Position numbers and translations under genes: made by a program
Part shown: piece after piece, positions 1 through 9,650 of the stretch
Numbering within the stretch: position 1 is the stretch's first letter
Layout: each line of letters opens with the position of its first letter
The notes under the pieces: generated by a model
Databases searched by the model: none
Told to the model about the DNA's origin: nothing
The model's input: the letters and a program-made list of their open reading frames with translations, nothing else
DNA from: Candidatus Saccharimonadota bacterium
Lineage (GTDB): Bacteria; Patescibacteriota; Gracilibacteria; BD1-5; UBA6164
Assembly (NCBI GenBank): GCA_965227835.1
Contig: OZ245768.1
Span: 330,001 to 362,000 of the forward strand
Length of the DNA: 32,000 bases
Direction: 5' to 3'

Positions 1-2
1 CT

Positions 3-428
3 GATTTTTGTGGATGAAGTAAGAGAAAGGAAAATCAGTGGAATGCTATATTAAATAATATAAATTGCTGTTTTAAGAGTATTCCTGCTTGAAAAAAATA
101 TCTTCAATGAATTGTAGAGAGATCTCATAGAACTGATGATGAAGAATTATATAGACCTTATCTTGATCGCATGAAATCTCTTCCTAATTTTTTAAACCAT
201 AGTAGTAAATATATTTATACTTATAATAATTATAGACCTTCTTTTTGAATAGGTATGAACGGTTTAAGTCCTATTGAAAAACTTAGAAGTTGTAATATAA
301 TTCTTCCTACAAAATTTAATAATTTCCCTGTCCTTATCCTAGATAATCTTGCTAAAATTGGTGGTACCTATCTAAAGGACCATTACCAGTTTAAATCTAG
401 ACCTATAAACCCGAGAAAATTTCGTTAA
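3..428 (+). CDS. IS-type DDE transposase/integrase (rve superfamily, IS481/IS3-like), C-terminal fragment; the 5' end lies outside the window
   Basis: The frame is open from the window edge to TAA 426-428. The UGA=Gly translation ...IPAGKKYLQGIVERSHRTDDEELYRPYLD...YNNYRPSFGIGMNGLSPIEKL... reproduces the conserved G-x-VER-x-HRT..EEFY ... YN..RPH..L.G..P block around the third catalytic acidic residue of rve-type transposases. Confidence 0.6.
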
Positions 429-1053
429 ATATATCTTCCTCATCAAATTCTTCTTCTTCATTTACATTTTCATCTTCACTTTCAATCTCATTCTCATCCT
501 CCAAAACTTCATCTTGCGAATCATCTCTAGAATTTGAGTTATCATTTATTTCTTCATTATTATTTGTCTCTTCCTCTCCTGTTCAAAAATCATCAGAAAA
601 TATACTTTTAAACATATCTTCTATAGTTTCATCTACAGAATCATTTATTTCCTCTTCTTCAGCTTTTTCTAAAGTATCTTTATGAATATCAGAAAAAGTT
701 CATTTCTCTTTTTTATCTGATACCTCATTTTCTTCCAAAAATTTATCCAAAGTCATTAGCTTACCATTATCTTTAACATAGCTAATTCCATTTATTTTAT
801 AAATTTTTGTCTCTTGTAATCTATGAACTTCTCAACTTCTTTTAATATATCTTTTTCATCAAATATTATAAAATTTAGGATTATCTACTTTTTTTAGCAT
901 ACCATTTTCTTTTACATATCATTCTCAATTTATATAAAAGATTTTAGCACCAATCAAATCATCACTATTCATAGTTGTTTTTATTCAAGTAGTAGCAAAA
1001 CTTGAACTTAAAGTTAAAATAAAAACTAACAAAATTGTAAATATTTTTTTCAT
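403..1053 (-). CDS. secreted hypothetical protein with a strongly acidic C-terminal tail
   Basis: ATG 1053-1051 to TAG 405-403, 217 codons. I checked it triplet by triplet and found no TAA/TAG and 8 in-frame TGA. The N-terminus MKKIFTILLVFILTLSSSFATTG looks like a signal peptide. The C-terminus is D/E-rich (...DEVLEDENEIESEDENVNEEEEFDEEDIF...). It overlaps the convergent transposase 3' end by 26 nt. Confidence 0.6.
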
Positions 1054-1265
1054 AGGACTTTATTTTTAAACATATAAAAATTCTTAAATACCTATATATT
1101 AAAACATAATTCTTTTTATTATGCAAATATTTGGCATATATTTTTTATTTTTCCAAATTTTATTAAAAATTTTTAAGAATTTATATACAATTTATCTATT
1201 TAGAAACCATTATTTAAAATGTTTATAATCAAATTTGATTTTTGTGACTATTGAAATAATATTAA

Positions 1266-1297
1266 CTCTGTTTTGAAATTTAGATTTCAAAACAGAG
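1266..1297 (+). promoter_or_regulatory. perfect 14-bp inverted repeat (ctctgttttgaaat-ttag-atttcaaaacagag) followed by TTTT; operator or attenuator/terminator-like hairpin just upstream of the SD of ORF 1332
   Basis: Read directly from the sequence. The arms are 1266-1279 and 1284-1297, and no CDS covers the site. Confidence 0.45.
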
Positions 1298-1331
1298 TTT
1301 TGTTATCCATAATAAAAAGGAGGTCAAAAAA

Positions 1332-1604
1332 GTGATAACATTCAAATCCGTTCTTTTACTAAATTCTTCTTCTTTTTCTCGTTTAATTAAAAATGGTGAA
1401 AAAGCTTCTCTACCTAGTGAAGAGTTAGAAAAATATGGGAGAAAAATATCAAAAGAAAATCCTCCTAATAATTTTTTAATAAAAGAAGCTCTAAAGAAAT
1501 TTAATAAAGGACAACATCCAAATGCCACATGCTGGCAAGTTACAGATATTTTTATGTTAAATAGGTATTTCATATACCAATCTCTAAAAAAATTATCTGC
1601 ATAA
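1332..1604 (+). CDS. hypothetical 90-aa protein (TGA-free, SD-led ORF)
   Basis: GTG start 9 nt after AAGGAGG (1316-1322). There is no in-frame TGA, and all 3 Gly codons are GGN. It is bracketed by the 1266-1297 palindrome and a strong terminator. I recognised no homology. Confidence 0.5.
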   Translation: MITFKSVLLLNSSSFSRLIKNGEKASLPSEELEKYGRKISKENPPNNFLIKEALKKFNKGQHPNATCWQVTDIFMLNRYFIYQSLKKLSA

Positions 1605-1608
1605 AAAA

Positions 1609-1639
1609 AGGGCTAATTTTATAAAATTAGCCCTTTTTC
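1609..1639. terminator. bidirectional intrinsic terminator
   Basis: 12-bp stem agggctaatttt / aaaattagccct with an A-run upstream and a T-run downstream. It lies between ORF 1332 (+) and sodB (-). Confidence 0.65.
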
Positions 1640-1671
1640 ATTTTATAGTAAACAAACTAGATAGTCTCTCT

Positions 1672-1722
1672 TCAAAAATAGAAACTTCTTACAATAGCAA
1701 AGGGCTAAAGCTCTCTGCCTAC
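1672..1722 (-). repeat. copy 1 of a ~50-nt conserved intergenic motif, in the 3' UTR of sodB
   Basis: 41 of 50 positions are identical to 14053-14102 by hand alignment (TCAAAAAKAGAAAYTTCTTACAAKAGMAAAGRGYTAAAGCTCTMTG...). It contains two small hairpins. Confidence 0.5.
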
Positions 1723-1806
1723 TAAAAATAAAAATTAACTTTTCAATTAAAATTGCATTTCAAAATAGTCTAACTTAAAAGTTAGTTCACTATATATTTA
1801 AATTCT

Positions 1807-2382
1807 TTATCCTAAATTACCAGCAACATATTCCCAGTTAACTATATTCCACAAAGCATTTATATAAGATTTTCTATCATTTCTATAATCTATATAATAT
1901 GAATGTTCCCATATATCAAAACCAAGCAAAGCATTTTTTCATTCTTTCAATAGATTTCATGCATCATCGGTATTAACTACTTCTAAATCTCATTTTGAAT
2001 TTTCAGCTAACCAAGTCCAACCAGAACCAAAATTTTTCAAAGCTTTTTCGCAAAAAGATTCTTTAAATCCATCAAAACTTCAAAAATTAGAGTTTATTTT
2101 ATCTAAAAGTATTCAGCTTGGTTCTCATCAACCATCAGGAGAAAAACAATTCCAATAAAGGTTATGGTTCCATATTTGAGCCGCATTGTTAAAAACTGCT
2201 CAATCAGAATCTTTAACTACTGACTCTAAATCATCATTATCAAAATCACTTCAAACAGTTAAGTTATTCAAATTATCTACATAAGTTTTATGGTGTTTTC
2301 AATAATGAAAATCTATAGTTTCCTTTGAAATATAAGGTTCCAAAGCATTTCTTTCATAAGGTAAATCTATTAGTTTAAACAT
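1807..2382 (-). CDS. sodB: Fe-type superoxide dismutase
   Basis: 192 codons. The translation [86 protein letters not shown] is collinear with E. coli SodB over its full length. 10 of 17 Gly codons are TGA, and each falls on a Gly that is conserved in SodB. Confidence 0.95.
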
Positions 2383-2528
2383 AGGTTTTATAGTTATATT
2401 ATAAATTCAAATCAATATTATATGAAAATAACAAAATTTAAAATAATTTTTGAAAAAAACATATTTTTATATAAAATCCTTGACAAAATTTTCTATTTAA
2501 AATCCAAACTAAAAACATCATAAATCTT

Positions 2529-3932
2529 ATGTTCAAAAAGAAAAAACTTCCCGAGAAAAAAAACTGAAATAACTATATAGTAACACTATTTTGAATTTTT
2601 ATTATTTTCCTTGTTTTTATTTTAGCAATAACTACTTTAAGTTTTGCTAAAAAAATTAACTTTTCTCAAATTTATTCCAAAAATACACAAAAATCTGATA
2701 ATTCTTTGTATACTAAAAAGAAAGACGATAAAATAAATATATTAATTTTGGGTAGATGATGAAGTAAAAACGATGCTCCAAATTTGACAGATAGTATTAT
2801 TTTAGCATCTATAAACAAGAAAAATAAATTAGTTTCTATGTTTTCAATTCCTAGAGATTTATATGTGGAATACAAAAATTGAGACTCTGGAAAAATAAAC
2901 AAACTATATGCTGTTTTTAAGTATAAATCTTGAGATTCTAAAGAATGAATAAATGCACTCAAATATAATGTGGAATTATTAACATGAGAAAGTATAGATT
3001 ATTATGTTAATATAGATTTTGCTGGTTTTATTAAACTTATTGATTCTATATGATGAATAAAAATTACATTAGAAGAAAATTTTGTGGATAATAAGTTTCC
3101 AGATGATAACTGGGGTTGGAGAACCTTTTTTATAAAAAAATGAACTTGGACTCTTGACTGAGAAACAGCTTTAAATTATGCTAGAAGTAGACACTCTACA
3201 AGTGATTTTGATAGAAGTCTTAGGCAACAACAAATTATAAAATCTATTAAAGATAAGATACTGGAATGAGGTCTTTTTTCTAAAATATCAAAAGCAAAAA
3301 AGACTTATGAGATTTTTTCTAAATACATAGACACAGATATTAAATTCAATGATATATTTGAAATAATTGAAGATGTATGAAAAAATAACTACAAAATTAT
3401 TTCCTCAAATTTAAATGACTCTTGTTTTGAATGAGATCCTTTATGTATAAAATGATGATTTCTTTATGTTCCAGAAAGAGAGTTTTATTGATGAGAATCT
3501 GTTTTATTGGTAAATTGATCGGATATAAACAATATAAACTATTATGATAATTTGAAAAAATATCTATCAATTGTTTTTGATAAAACTACCATATACGAAG
3601 AAAATATAAATATATCTGTTTTAAATTCTACAAATGTACCTCTTTTAGCTTGAAACCTTTGATTTTTACTTAGAAAATATTGATTTAACATACCTTTTAA
3701 TAAATACTCTATATCAAATATAAGAGGAAATACATTTGATACAAGCTTTATAAACTACAAAGAAGAAATAAAAGACTCTCCTACTATATCTTTCCTAAAG
3801 GAAAATCTCATATGATTTGATTTCTTTGAAAAACAAGACTTAGAATATAGCCTAGATAAAAATGCATTAATAGAAATAATTATTTGAGAAAACTACCCTG
3901 AACTTATTTATGAAATAGAAAATAATCTTTAA
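2529..3932 (+). CDS. LytR-CpsA-Psr (LCP) family cell-envelope glycopolymer transferase with a LytR_C-like tail
   Basis: 468 codons, checked for TAA/TAG. It has an N-terminal TM helix. Recognisable motifs are INILILGRGGSKNDAPNLTDSIILASIN...SIPRDLYV...GKINKLYA...IDYYVNIDFAGFIKLIDSIGGIKI...LDGETALNYARSRHSTSDFDRSLRQQQII. Confidence 0.9.
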
Positions 3933-4089
3933 AAGGATTTATATTTTTTACTAGAAATTAAAAAATTCTTCAGCCTTTCTTTAATTTCACAGCTATTTCC
4001 AACACCGTTACATCTTCCTAACACTTTTATTTCCTCTAAATTATTTGAACTGTAGGGGACACTTATTTAAATTCAAACATTAAAAAGCT

Positions 4090-7029
4090 ATGTTTAAAAA
4101 AAGAAAAATATTAAATAGAAAAAGAACATTTTCTTCTAAAAAATATTATAACAAAAGAAGTAAGAAACCATTTAGAATATTCAAGTGGTTATTGTTTCTT
4201 TTTGTATCTTTTGTTCTTTTTTCTTTTATCTTATCAGCAATATTATACAAAAAATATATAGAACCATTACCACCCGTAGAAGAAATAAAAAATATGGATA
4301 TAGCACAAACTTCCATAATTTATGACAAGTATTGAGATGAACTTTATAAAATATTTAAAGAAAACAGAACATATATAGATTATAAAGACATAAACAAAAA
4401 TATAATAAATGCTCTAGTTGCTTGAGAAGATCAAAGATTTTGGACTACACCATGATTTGATCTAATTTGAATAATTAGAGCGACTCTCAACTGATTAATA
4501 AGCTGAGATTTTAGATGAACATCTTGATTGTCTCAACAATTAATGAAAGTAACATATTTGACAAATGAAAGAACTTTAGAAAGAAAAATAAAAGAATTTT
4601 ATTTGTCATGGAAACTAAATAAAGTATTTGATAAACAAAAAATAATAGAACTATACCTAAACAAGATATTTTTTTGATCCAATGCATACTGAATAGAACA
4701 AGCAGCCAAAACATTTTTTTGAGTAAGTGCATCAGACTTATGAATACTGCAATCAAGTGTACTAGCTTCTCTACCCAAAGCTCCTTCATGACTTTCTCCA
4801 TATATGCACAAAGATAGACTTATGGGATACCCTTTCATTTTCAATATAAATCAACAAGAAGATAAAACTAAAATACTAAACCAAAAAGACATAGAAGAAA
4901 ACAAAATATTTCTATACAAACTTATAAAATTTATAGAAAATCTAGAAATAAAAAAAGTAAACAATCTAGCACTTATATGCAATATTGATAAAAGTCAGCT
5001 AAAACCATGAAGCTTTAGAGTTGACTCTGATTCTTGCTCTAGTATGTGATTTGAAGATTTACTAGGTTTTCTTAACTCCATAAGAATAAAAGATTGAGAT
5101 TATTTTATGGAATATCAAACATGAAGAAAAGACTATATACTTGGAAGAATGCTTGAAGATGAATATATAGATTTTGATAATTACAAAAAAGCTATAATTG
5201 ATAGCTTTGGCTTTGAATTCCAGAAATACAGAACAAACATTAAAAATCCACATTTTGTAATGTATATAAAGGAATATTTAGAAAAAAAATATGGCAAAGA
5301 AATTATAGAACAATGAGGTTTTAGAATATACACTACTCTAGATCCAGATTTACAAGAAAAGGCAGAAGAGATAGTTGAAAAATACTGAGAAATAAATGAG
5401 ACAAAATTTTGAGCTAGAAATGCAGCTCTCATAAGTTTAGACAATGAAACTTGATGAGTATTGGCAATGGTTTGATGAAGAGATTATTTTGATGAAGAAA
5501 ATGATTGAAATAACAATATGACAACTTCTAGACTACAACCATGAAGTACATTTAAACCATTTGTATATTGATTGGCTATAGAAAATAACAATATATGATC
5601 AGCTACACCTATATATGATCTACAAACTGAATTTCCATGAGATTATATTCCAAACAATTTTGATGGTGAATTTCAATGAAAAATGACTGTAAGCTCAGCT
5701 CTTAATAATTCTAGAAATATACCTGCCATAAAGATGTTTTATTTAGCATGATGAGAGGAAAAAATAATATCTTTTATGGAAAAACTAGGAGTAAAAACAC
5801 TTAGAGAATTCAAAGAAGAATACAAAGAAAAATATCCATGAAGAATTTATGTATATGCTGCTCCTATGGCACTTTGAACTGGTCTTATGACTCCTCTAGA
5901 GCTAGCTAGTGCTTATTCTACATTTGCCAATATGTGAATAAGGAAAGAAGTAAATCCAATAATAAGAATAGTTGATAGAAAATGAAATGTAATAGAAGAT
6001 ATAGAAAGACAAAAAGATGAAAAATCTGAAGATACAGTTATAGAACCTTCTCTAGCATATATTATAAACTCTATATTAAGTGATGAAAAATCAAGACCAG
6101 AGTTTTGGAACAACTATCTTAGTATACCTTGAAGGAAACTTGCATCAAAAACTTGAACTTCAACCAAACAATATACACAAGGCACAGAAAAGATAATAGC
6201 CCCTAGAAACCTCTGGACAGCTTGATATACTCCTCAAATTACAACCGTTAGTTGGGTTTGAAATACAAACTGAGAAGAGTTGTTCTTAAACTGAAACTGA
6301 CTTGAAGCAGCTTGACCTATTATGAAAGATTTTATGGAATATGCCCATGAATGAAAGAAAGTATCATCTTGGTCTAGACCTCTTTGAGTTGAAAATTTAA
6401 AAATTTCTTCTATATCTTGACTTCTACCTTGAGAATGATTTCCCTCCAATTTTCTAACAGAATCAAATTTTATAAATCCTCCTGTATCTTTTGATAATAG
6501 TTTAAAATTTGTAGAGGTGGATAGACTTTGTTTTTGAAAAGTCACAAAAAATACCCCAGTAGAAGCTATAAGGAGATGATATTTAGTTAATTTCCGTTCT
6601 ATAAATCCAGATAATCCTATGTGGGAAGAGCCTGTTTTGCAATGGGTAAATGATTGAGAATACAAAGAAAAATATTCAAAATTTTGAAATGTCATTACTT
6701 ATTACAGTTGAAAAGTTTGTTCTAGAAACTGAAAAGTAAATATAGTTACAAAAACTTCAATAGAGGATTCTAAACTTACAATAGGGAGAAATGACATAAA
6801 AGTATGATATGTAGCTGGTAGAAATATAAGAAAAATGGATATATATTTATGAAATAAGCTTTTAAAAAGTATTGATAATATAAATACATCTCAAAAGTGA
6901 TTTGATGTTGCTTTGTTTGTACCTTTTAATTTACTTTGAACAAAAGCCAATTTAAAAATTAGACTGGTTGATTCTCAATATTATTACTATGATAAGGATA
7001 TATATGTTGATGTAGTTAGTAGAGGTTAG
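4090..7029 (+). CDS. ponA: class A penicillin-binding protein (bifunctional glycosyltransferase/transpeptidase, PBP1A family)
   Basis: 980 codons, and every line was checked for TAA/TAG. GT51 motifs are EDQRFWTTPGFDLIGIIRA, SQQL and RKIKEFYLSWKL..K..IIELYLNKIFFGSNAYGIEQAAKTFFG. Transpeptidase motifs are RLQPGSTFKPFVY (SxxK), SRN and KTGTS. Confidence 0.95.
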
Positions 7030-7062
7030 TTTTAAAATTTGTTTTTTGGAATATTTTAAACG

Positions 7063-7092
7063 AAGACTTATTGTCTTATAATAAGTCTTTTT
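7063..7092 (+). terminator. intrinsic terminator after the PBP gene
   Basis: Stem aagacttat / ataagtctt followed by TTT. Confidence 0.6.
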
Positions 7093-7313
7093 AATATTCT
7101 TTTATTATAATTAAAAAAGAAAGTTAAAAACTTGCATTTATGTATTATTTAATTATAATTTACATTAAATTTAGTAGTTATGATTATTCATAATTCTAAG
7201 TTTTTATCGTTCTTTAAAACAACTCGAAAAATCACTTTAATAAATTTAGTTTTTGTACATTCATTTTACAATCTAGATTTATTTAAAATTGATTTCACAC
7301 ATTAATATCATAA

Positions 7314-8360
7314 ATGAACTTTAGGAGATTTTTTATGTTAAATAAAGTACTGAATAAACTGGATATATTATCATTATATTTTATAATGTTTTATATACTA
7401 TTTCTCATACTAAAATCATTTGAAGAAGTCATAATTCCATATGATTCTTTGATAGATAATGTCTTTAAAATGCTTTTTGTTATAGAAGTTTCTATTAGGG
7501 TTTTCATTCTTAAAAAATCCTTTTTTAAAGATAGAATCAATTTATTAGATTCACTTTTGTTGGTAATTTCTTTTATTCCCTCTTTTGAAATGCTTCGTGT
7601 AACAAGGCTATTTACATATTTTTTAAGAAAGCCTGAGATGAAAAAGATGTTAATGGCATTTCAGAAAGGTATGAAAGAAATTAAATACTGGACCCTTATC
7701 ATAGTTAGTGTATCAATTGTTTTTTCACTATTTTTGGAAAAACAGTTAGGTTACAAATACCCAGAACTTTGGGGTAACTTCTTTTTATCTATCCAAAACA
7801 TTATAGTAACTCCATTTTCTCTTAATGAGGAAAGGTTCTTCTTATCTGTGACTGATTCAAAAATTATTACAGGATTATTTGTAATCTACTTTGGTTTATT
7901 TATAGGATCTATAGTAGGTATGATTAATACAGTTGTAATTTCCCAACGAAATAATATAGATAACGAGGAACTTGAAAAAAATTTACTAAATAGTTTTCCA
8001 GAGGGATCTTATAGCCATGAGCAATACCATTCATCATTAAGGCAGTTATCTAATCTTAATGTTCAAGAACTTTTATCAAAAAGTGGCATAAGATATATGT
8101 TGAATGAAGAAGGCCCTTGGTCAGAATATAAAAGAATAGTTGAGAATAAAATAAGGGTTTTGCTTAATCATTGTATTCCAGTTGAATTTATATCTTCATT
8201 TCATTTTACACAACAGGATAACATAATAAGAATGAAATTAATGGGGGAAGAAATAGAAGATTCTATACCTATTAGGTTGAATATTGCTGAAAAAACCTCA
8301 TTAATTAATGCATTTAAACAATATGTTATTCTGAGATATGGAGAAGAAGCCTTGACCTAA
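7314..8360 (+). CDS. 6TM ion-transport (voltage-gated-channel-like) family protein with a soluble C-terminal domain; TGA-free, SD-led ORF
   Basis: 348-codon ORF with no in-frame TGA; all 13 Gly codons are GGN. The likely true start is ATG 7335, which sits 7 nt after AGGAG (7323-7327). The hydrophobic segments include an S3-like INLLDSLLLVISFIP and an S4-like LRVTRLFTYFLRK, followed by two further TM segments around a short re-entrant stretch. The family call comes from motif pattern only. Confidence 0.6.
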   Translation: MNFRRFFMLNKVLNKLDILSLYFIMFYILFLILKSFEEVIIPYDSLIDNVFKMLFVIEVSIRVFILKKSFFKDRINLLDSLLLVISFIPSFEMLRVTRLFTYFLRKPEMKKMLMAFQKGMKEIKYWTLIIVSVSIVFSLFLEKQLGYKYPELWGNFFLSIQNIIVTPFSLNEERFFLSVTDSKIITGLFVIYFGLFIGSIVGMINTVVISQRNNIDNEELEKNLLNSFPEGSYSHEQYHSSLRQLSNLNVQELLSKSGIRYMLNEEGPWSEYKRIVENKIRVLLNHCIPVEFISSFHFTQQDNIIRMKLMGEEIEDSIPIRLNIAEKTSLINAFKQYVILRYGEEALT

Positions 8361-8440
8361 AATAAGAAAGTGTGAAATTTTCGAGTTGTTAAATTTTTTT
8401 AAGTAAAAGTAGCATTTTATCTTGGAAACAATTATAACTC

Positions 8441-8466
8441 GTGTGAAAAAATTTCACACTTTTTTA
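8441..8466 (+). terminator. intrinsic terminator after the channel-like ORF
   Basis: Stem gtgtgaaa / tttcacac with loop aaa, followed by TTTTTT. Confidence 0.65.
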
Positions 8467-8643
8467 TTTTTTTAAAATTAAATATATATTTTTTGTATAC
8501 CTATATTTATGCACATTATGTATTATATACTCCATGTGTTTTCGAATTATTATTTTTGACTTTATTTTATAAAAAATATACTCTTAACTTGTTTGAGGTA
8601 GAACCTTGAAAAATTTATTTTATTTTTTAAATTTTTATAAATT

Positions 8644-9252
8644 ATGGAAGAAGTAATTTTTGAACAAGCTAAAATTGATAACACAGCACCTAGTTGGAAA
8701 ATGTCTTGCTATGATCCTAAAAAATGAGAAGACTGAAGTATTAGTAGCGATGATTTGAAAGGAAAATGGTATGTTTTAGTTTTTTATCCTGCTGATTTTA
8801 CTTTTGTATGTCCTACTGAAATGAAGGATTTAGCTGATCATAAATCTGTTTTTGATAAAATGGATGTGGAAGTATTATCTGTTTCTACAGACTCTGTTTT
8901 TTCTCATAAAGCTTGGTTAAAAACTGAAAAACTAATGGAAAATTTTGAATATAAAATGCTTTCAGATAGCACACTTGAAGCAAGTGATATTTATAATATA
9001 CTTGATGAAAATACCTGAATGGCTTGAAGAGGTACCTTTATAGTAGATCCAGATTGAATACTTAGATGAATTGAAGTTACTTCATGAGCTCAAGGTAGAA
9101 ACTCTGAAGAGCTAATTAGAAAAATAGAAGGTTTACAATATATGAGAGAAAATCCTTCAGTTGCATGTCCTGCAAAATGGTCTAATTGATCAAAAACTTT
9201 GACTCCTGATATAAAAATATCATGAGAAGTATATGAAGCTTTGAACAAATAA
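8644..9252 (+). CDS. ahpC: typical 2-Cys peroxiredoxin (AhpC/Prx1 type)
   Basis: 203 codons. Motifs are KGKWYVLVFYPADFTFVCPTE (peroxidatic Cys), SVSTDSVFSHKAW, RGTFIVDPDGILR and VACPAKW (resolving Cys). Confidence 0.9.
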
Positions 9253-9279
9253 ATTGTACAAAATTTACTTTTTATAAAT

Positions 9280-9645
9280 AAAAAAATGTCCCTTAATCGG
9301 TCAGCTGAAGCTTAACGATTAAGGGACAAGGACTAAAAGGTTTTTTGTTAATTTCATCCTGGGCACTCGCACAGGATTTACACTAACCTGAACCTACAAG
9401 CCAAACACAAAGATAACTTTGCATTTTATTCTCCTTTTTTTAAGGGTGGGGTTGATTATTCACAGTGGACACTTCGCCATTTTTTTACAGGTGTTTTAGG
9501 AATAATCGTTATTAACAAGGATAGTAGCCATATTGGCGAGGCTACAATCATTATATGGTCAAGTTAAAGGTTAGACGACCATATAGTTCCCATCCATATA
9601 CATATCCATGGAGACTCAATAAAAGCAATACTTCTTTTAAGTCTT
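9280..9645 (-). ncRNA. unclassified structured RNA candidate (~360 nt) with its own promoter and terminator
   Basis: The region is visibly more G+C-rich than its flanks and holds no long ORF in any frame. Several 6-12 bp hairpins are present, for example tatatggtc/gaccatata at 9553-9586, gtagcc/ggctac at 9524-9545 and atcctg/caggat at 9355-9378. The predicted 5' end GACUUAAAAG can pair with CUUUUAGUC just before the terminator. I could not establish its identity. Confidence 0.5.
9288..9327 (-). terminator. strong intrinsic terminator of the RNA candidate (also downstream of ahpC)
   Basis: 12-bp stem gtcccttaatcg / cgattaagggac. An A7 run on the + strand gives U7 on the minus-strand transcript. 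Confidence 0.7.
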
Positions 9646-9650
9646 AAAAA

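Noticed and set aside
1301-1312. DnaA-box-like TGTTATCCATAA at 1301-1312 and again at 22187-22198, as a possible oriC signal near dnaB.
   Set aside because: There are only two isolated 8/9 matches to TTATCCACA, 21 kb apart. The second simply overlaps the TPR gene start codon (CAT 22194-22196). A 12-mer repeat in 32 kb of AT-rich DNA is not statistically remarkable. No box cluster, dnaA or dnaN is present.
1280-6695. Standard-code minus-strand ORFs from the track (1280-1573, 2672-2962, 4511-4801, 4599-4844, 5062-5253, 5181-5444, 5913-6113, 6234-6695).
   Set aside because: All lie antisense to (or, for 1280-1573, overlap) genes that translate into well-conserved proteins on the other strand under table 25 (ORF 1332, LCP, PBP1A). 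They are low-complexity shadow ORFs with no recognisable motifs.
8441-8459. CRP-like palindrome TGTGA-N7-TCACA downstream of the channel-like ORF, given that a cNMP-binding protein is encoded at 31467.
   Set aside because: The spacing is 7 nt rather than 6, and it is followed by a T-run directly after a stop codon. A rho-independent terminator is the simpler explanation.
9280-9645. Calling the structured RNA RNase P RNA (rnpB) or tmRNA (ssrA).
   Set aside because: The size, promoter and terminator fit, and a few stretches resemble RNase P conserved regions. However, the near-universal GGAAAGUCC (P4/CR-I) is absent on both strands. No tRNA-like acceptor or T-arm, GGGG 5' end or plausible Ala-rich tag frame is present, and a permuted tmRNA layout also fails. 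I left it unclassified.
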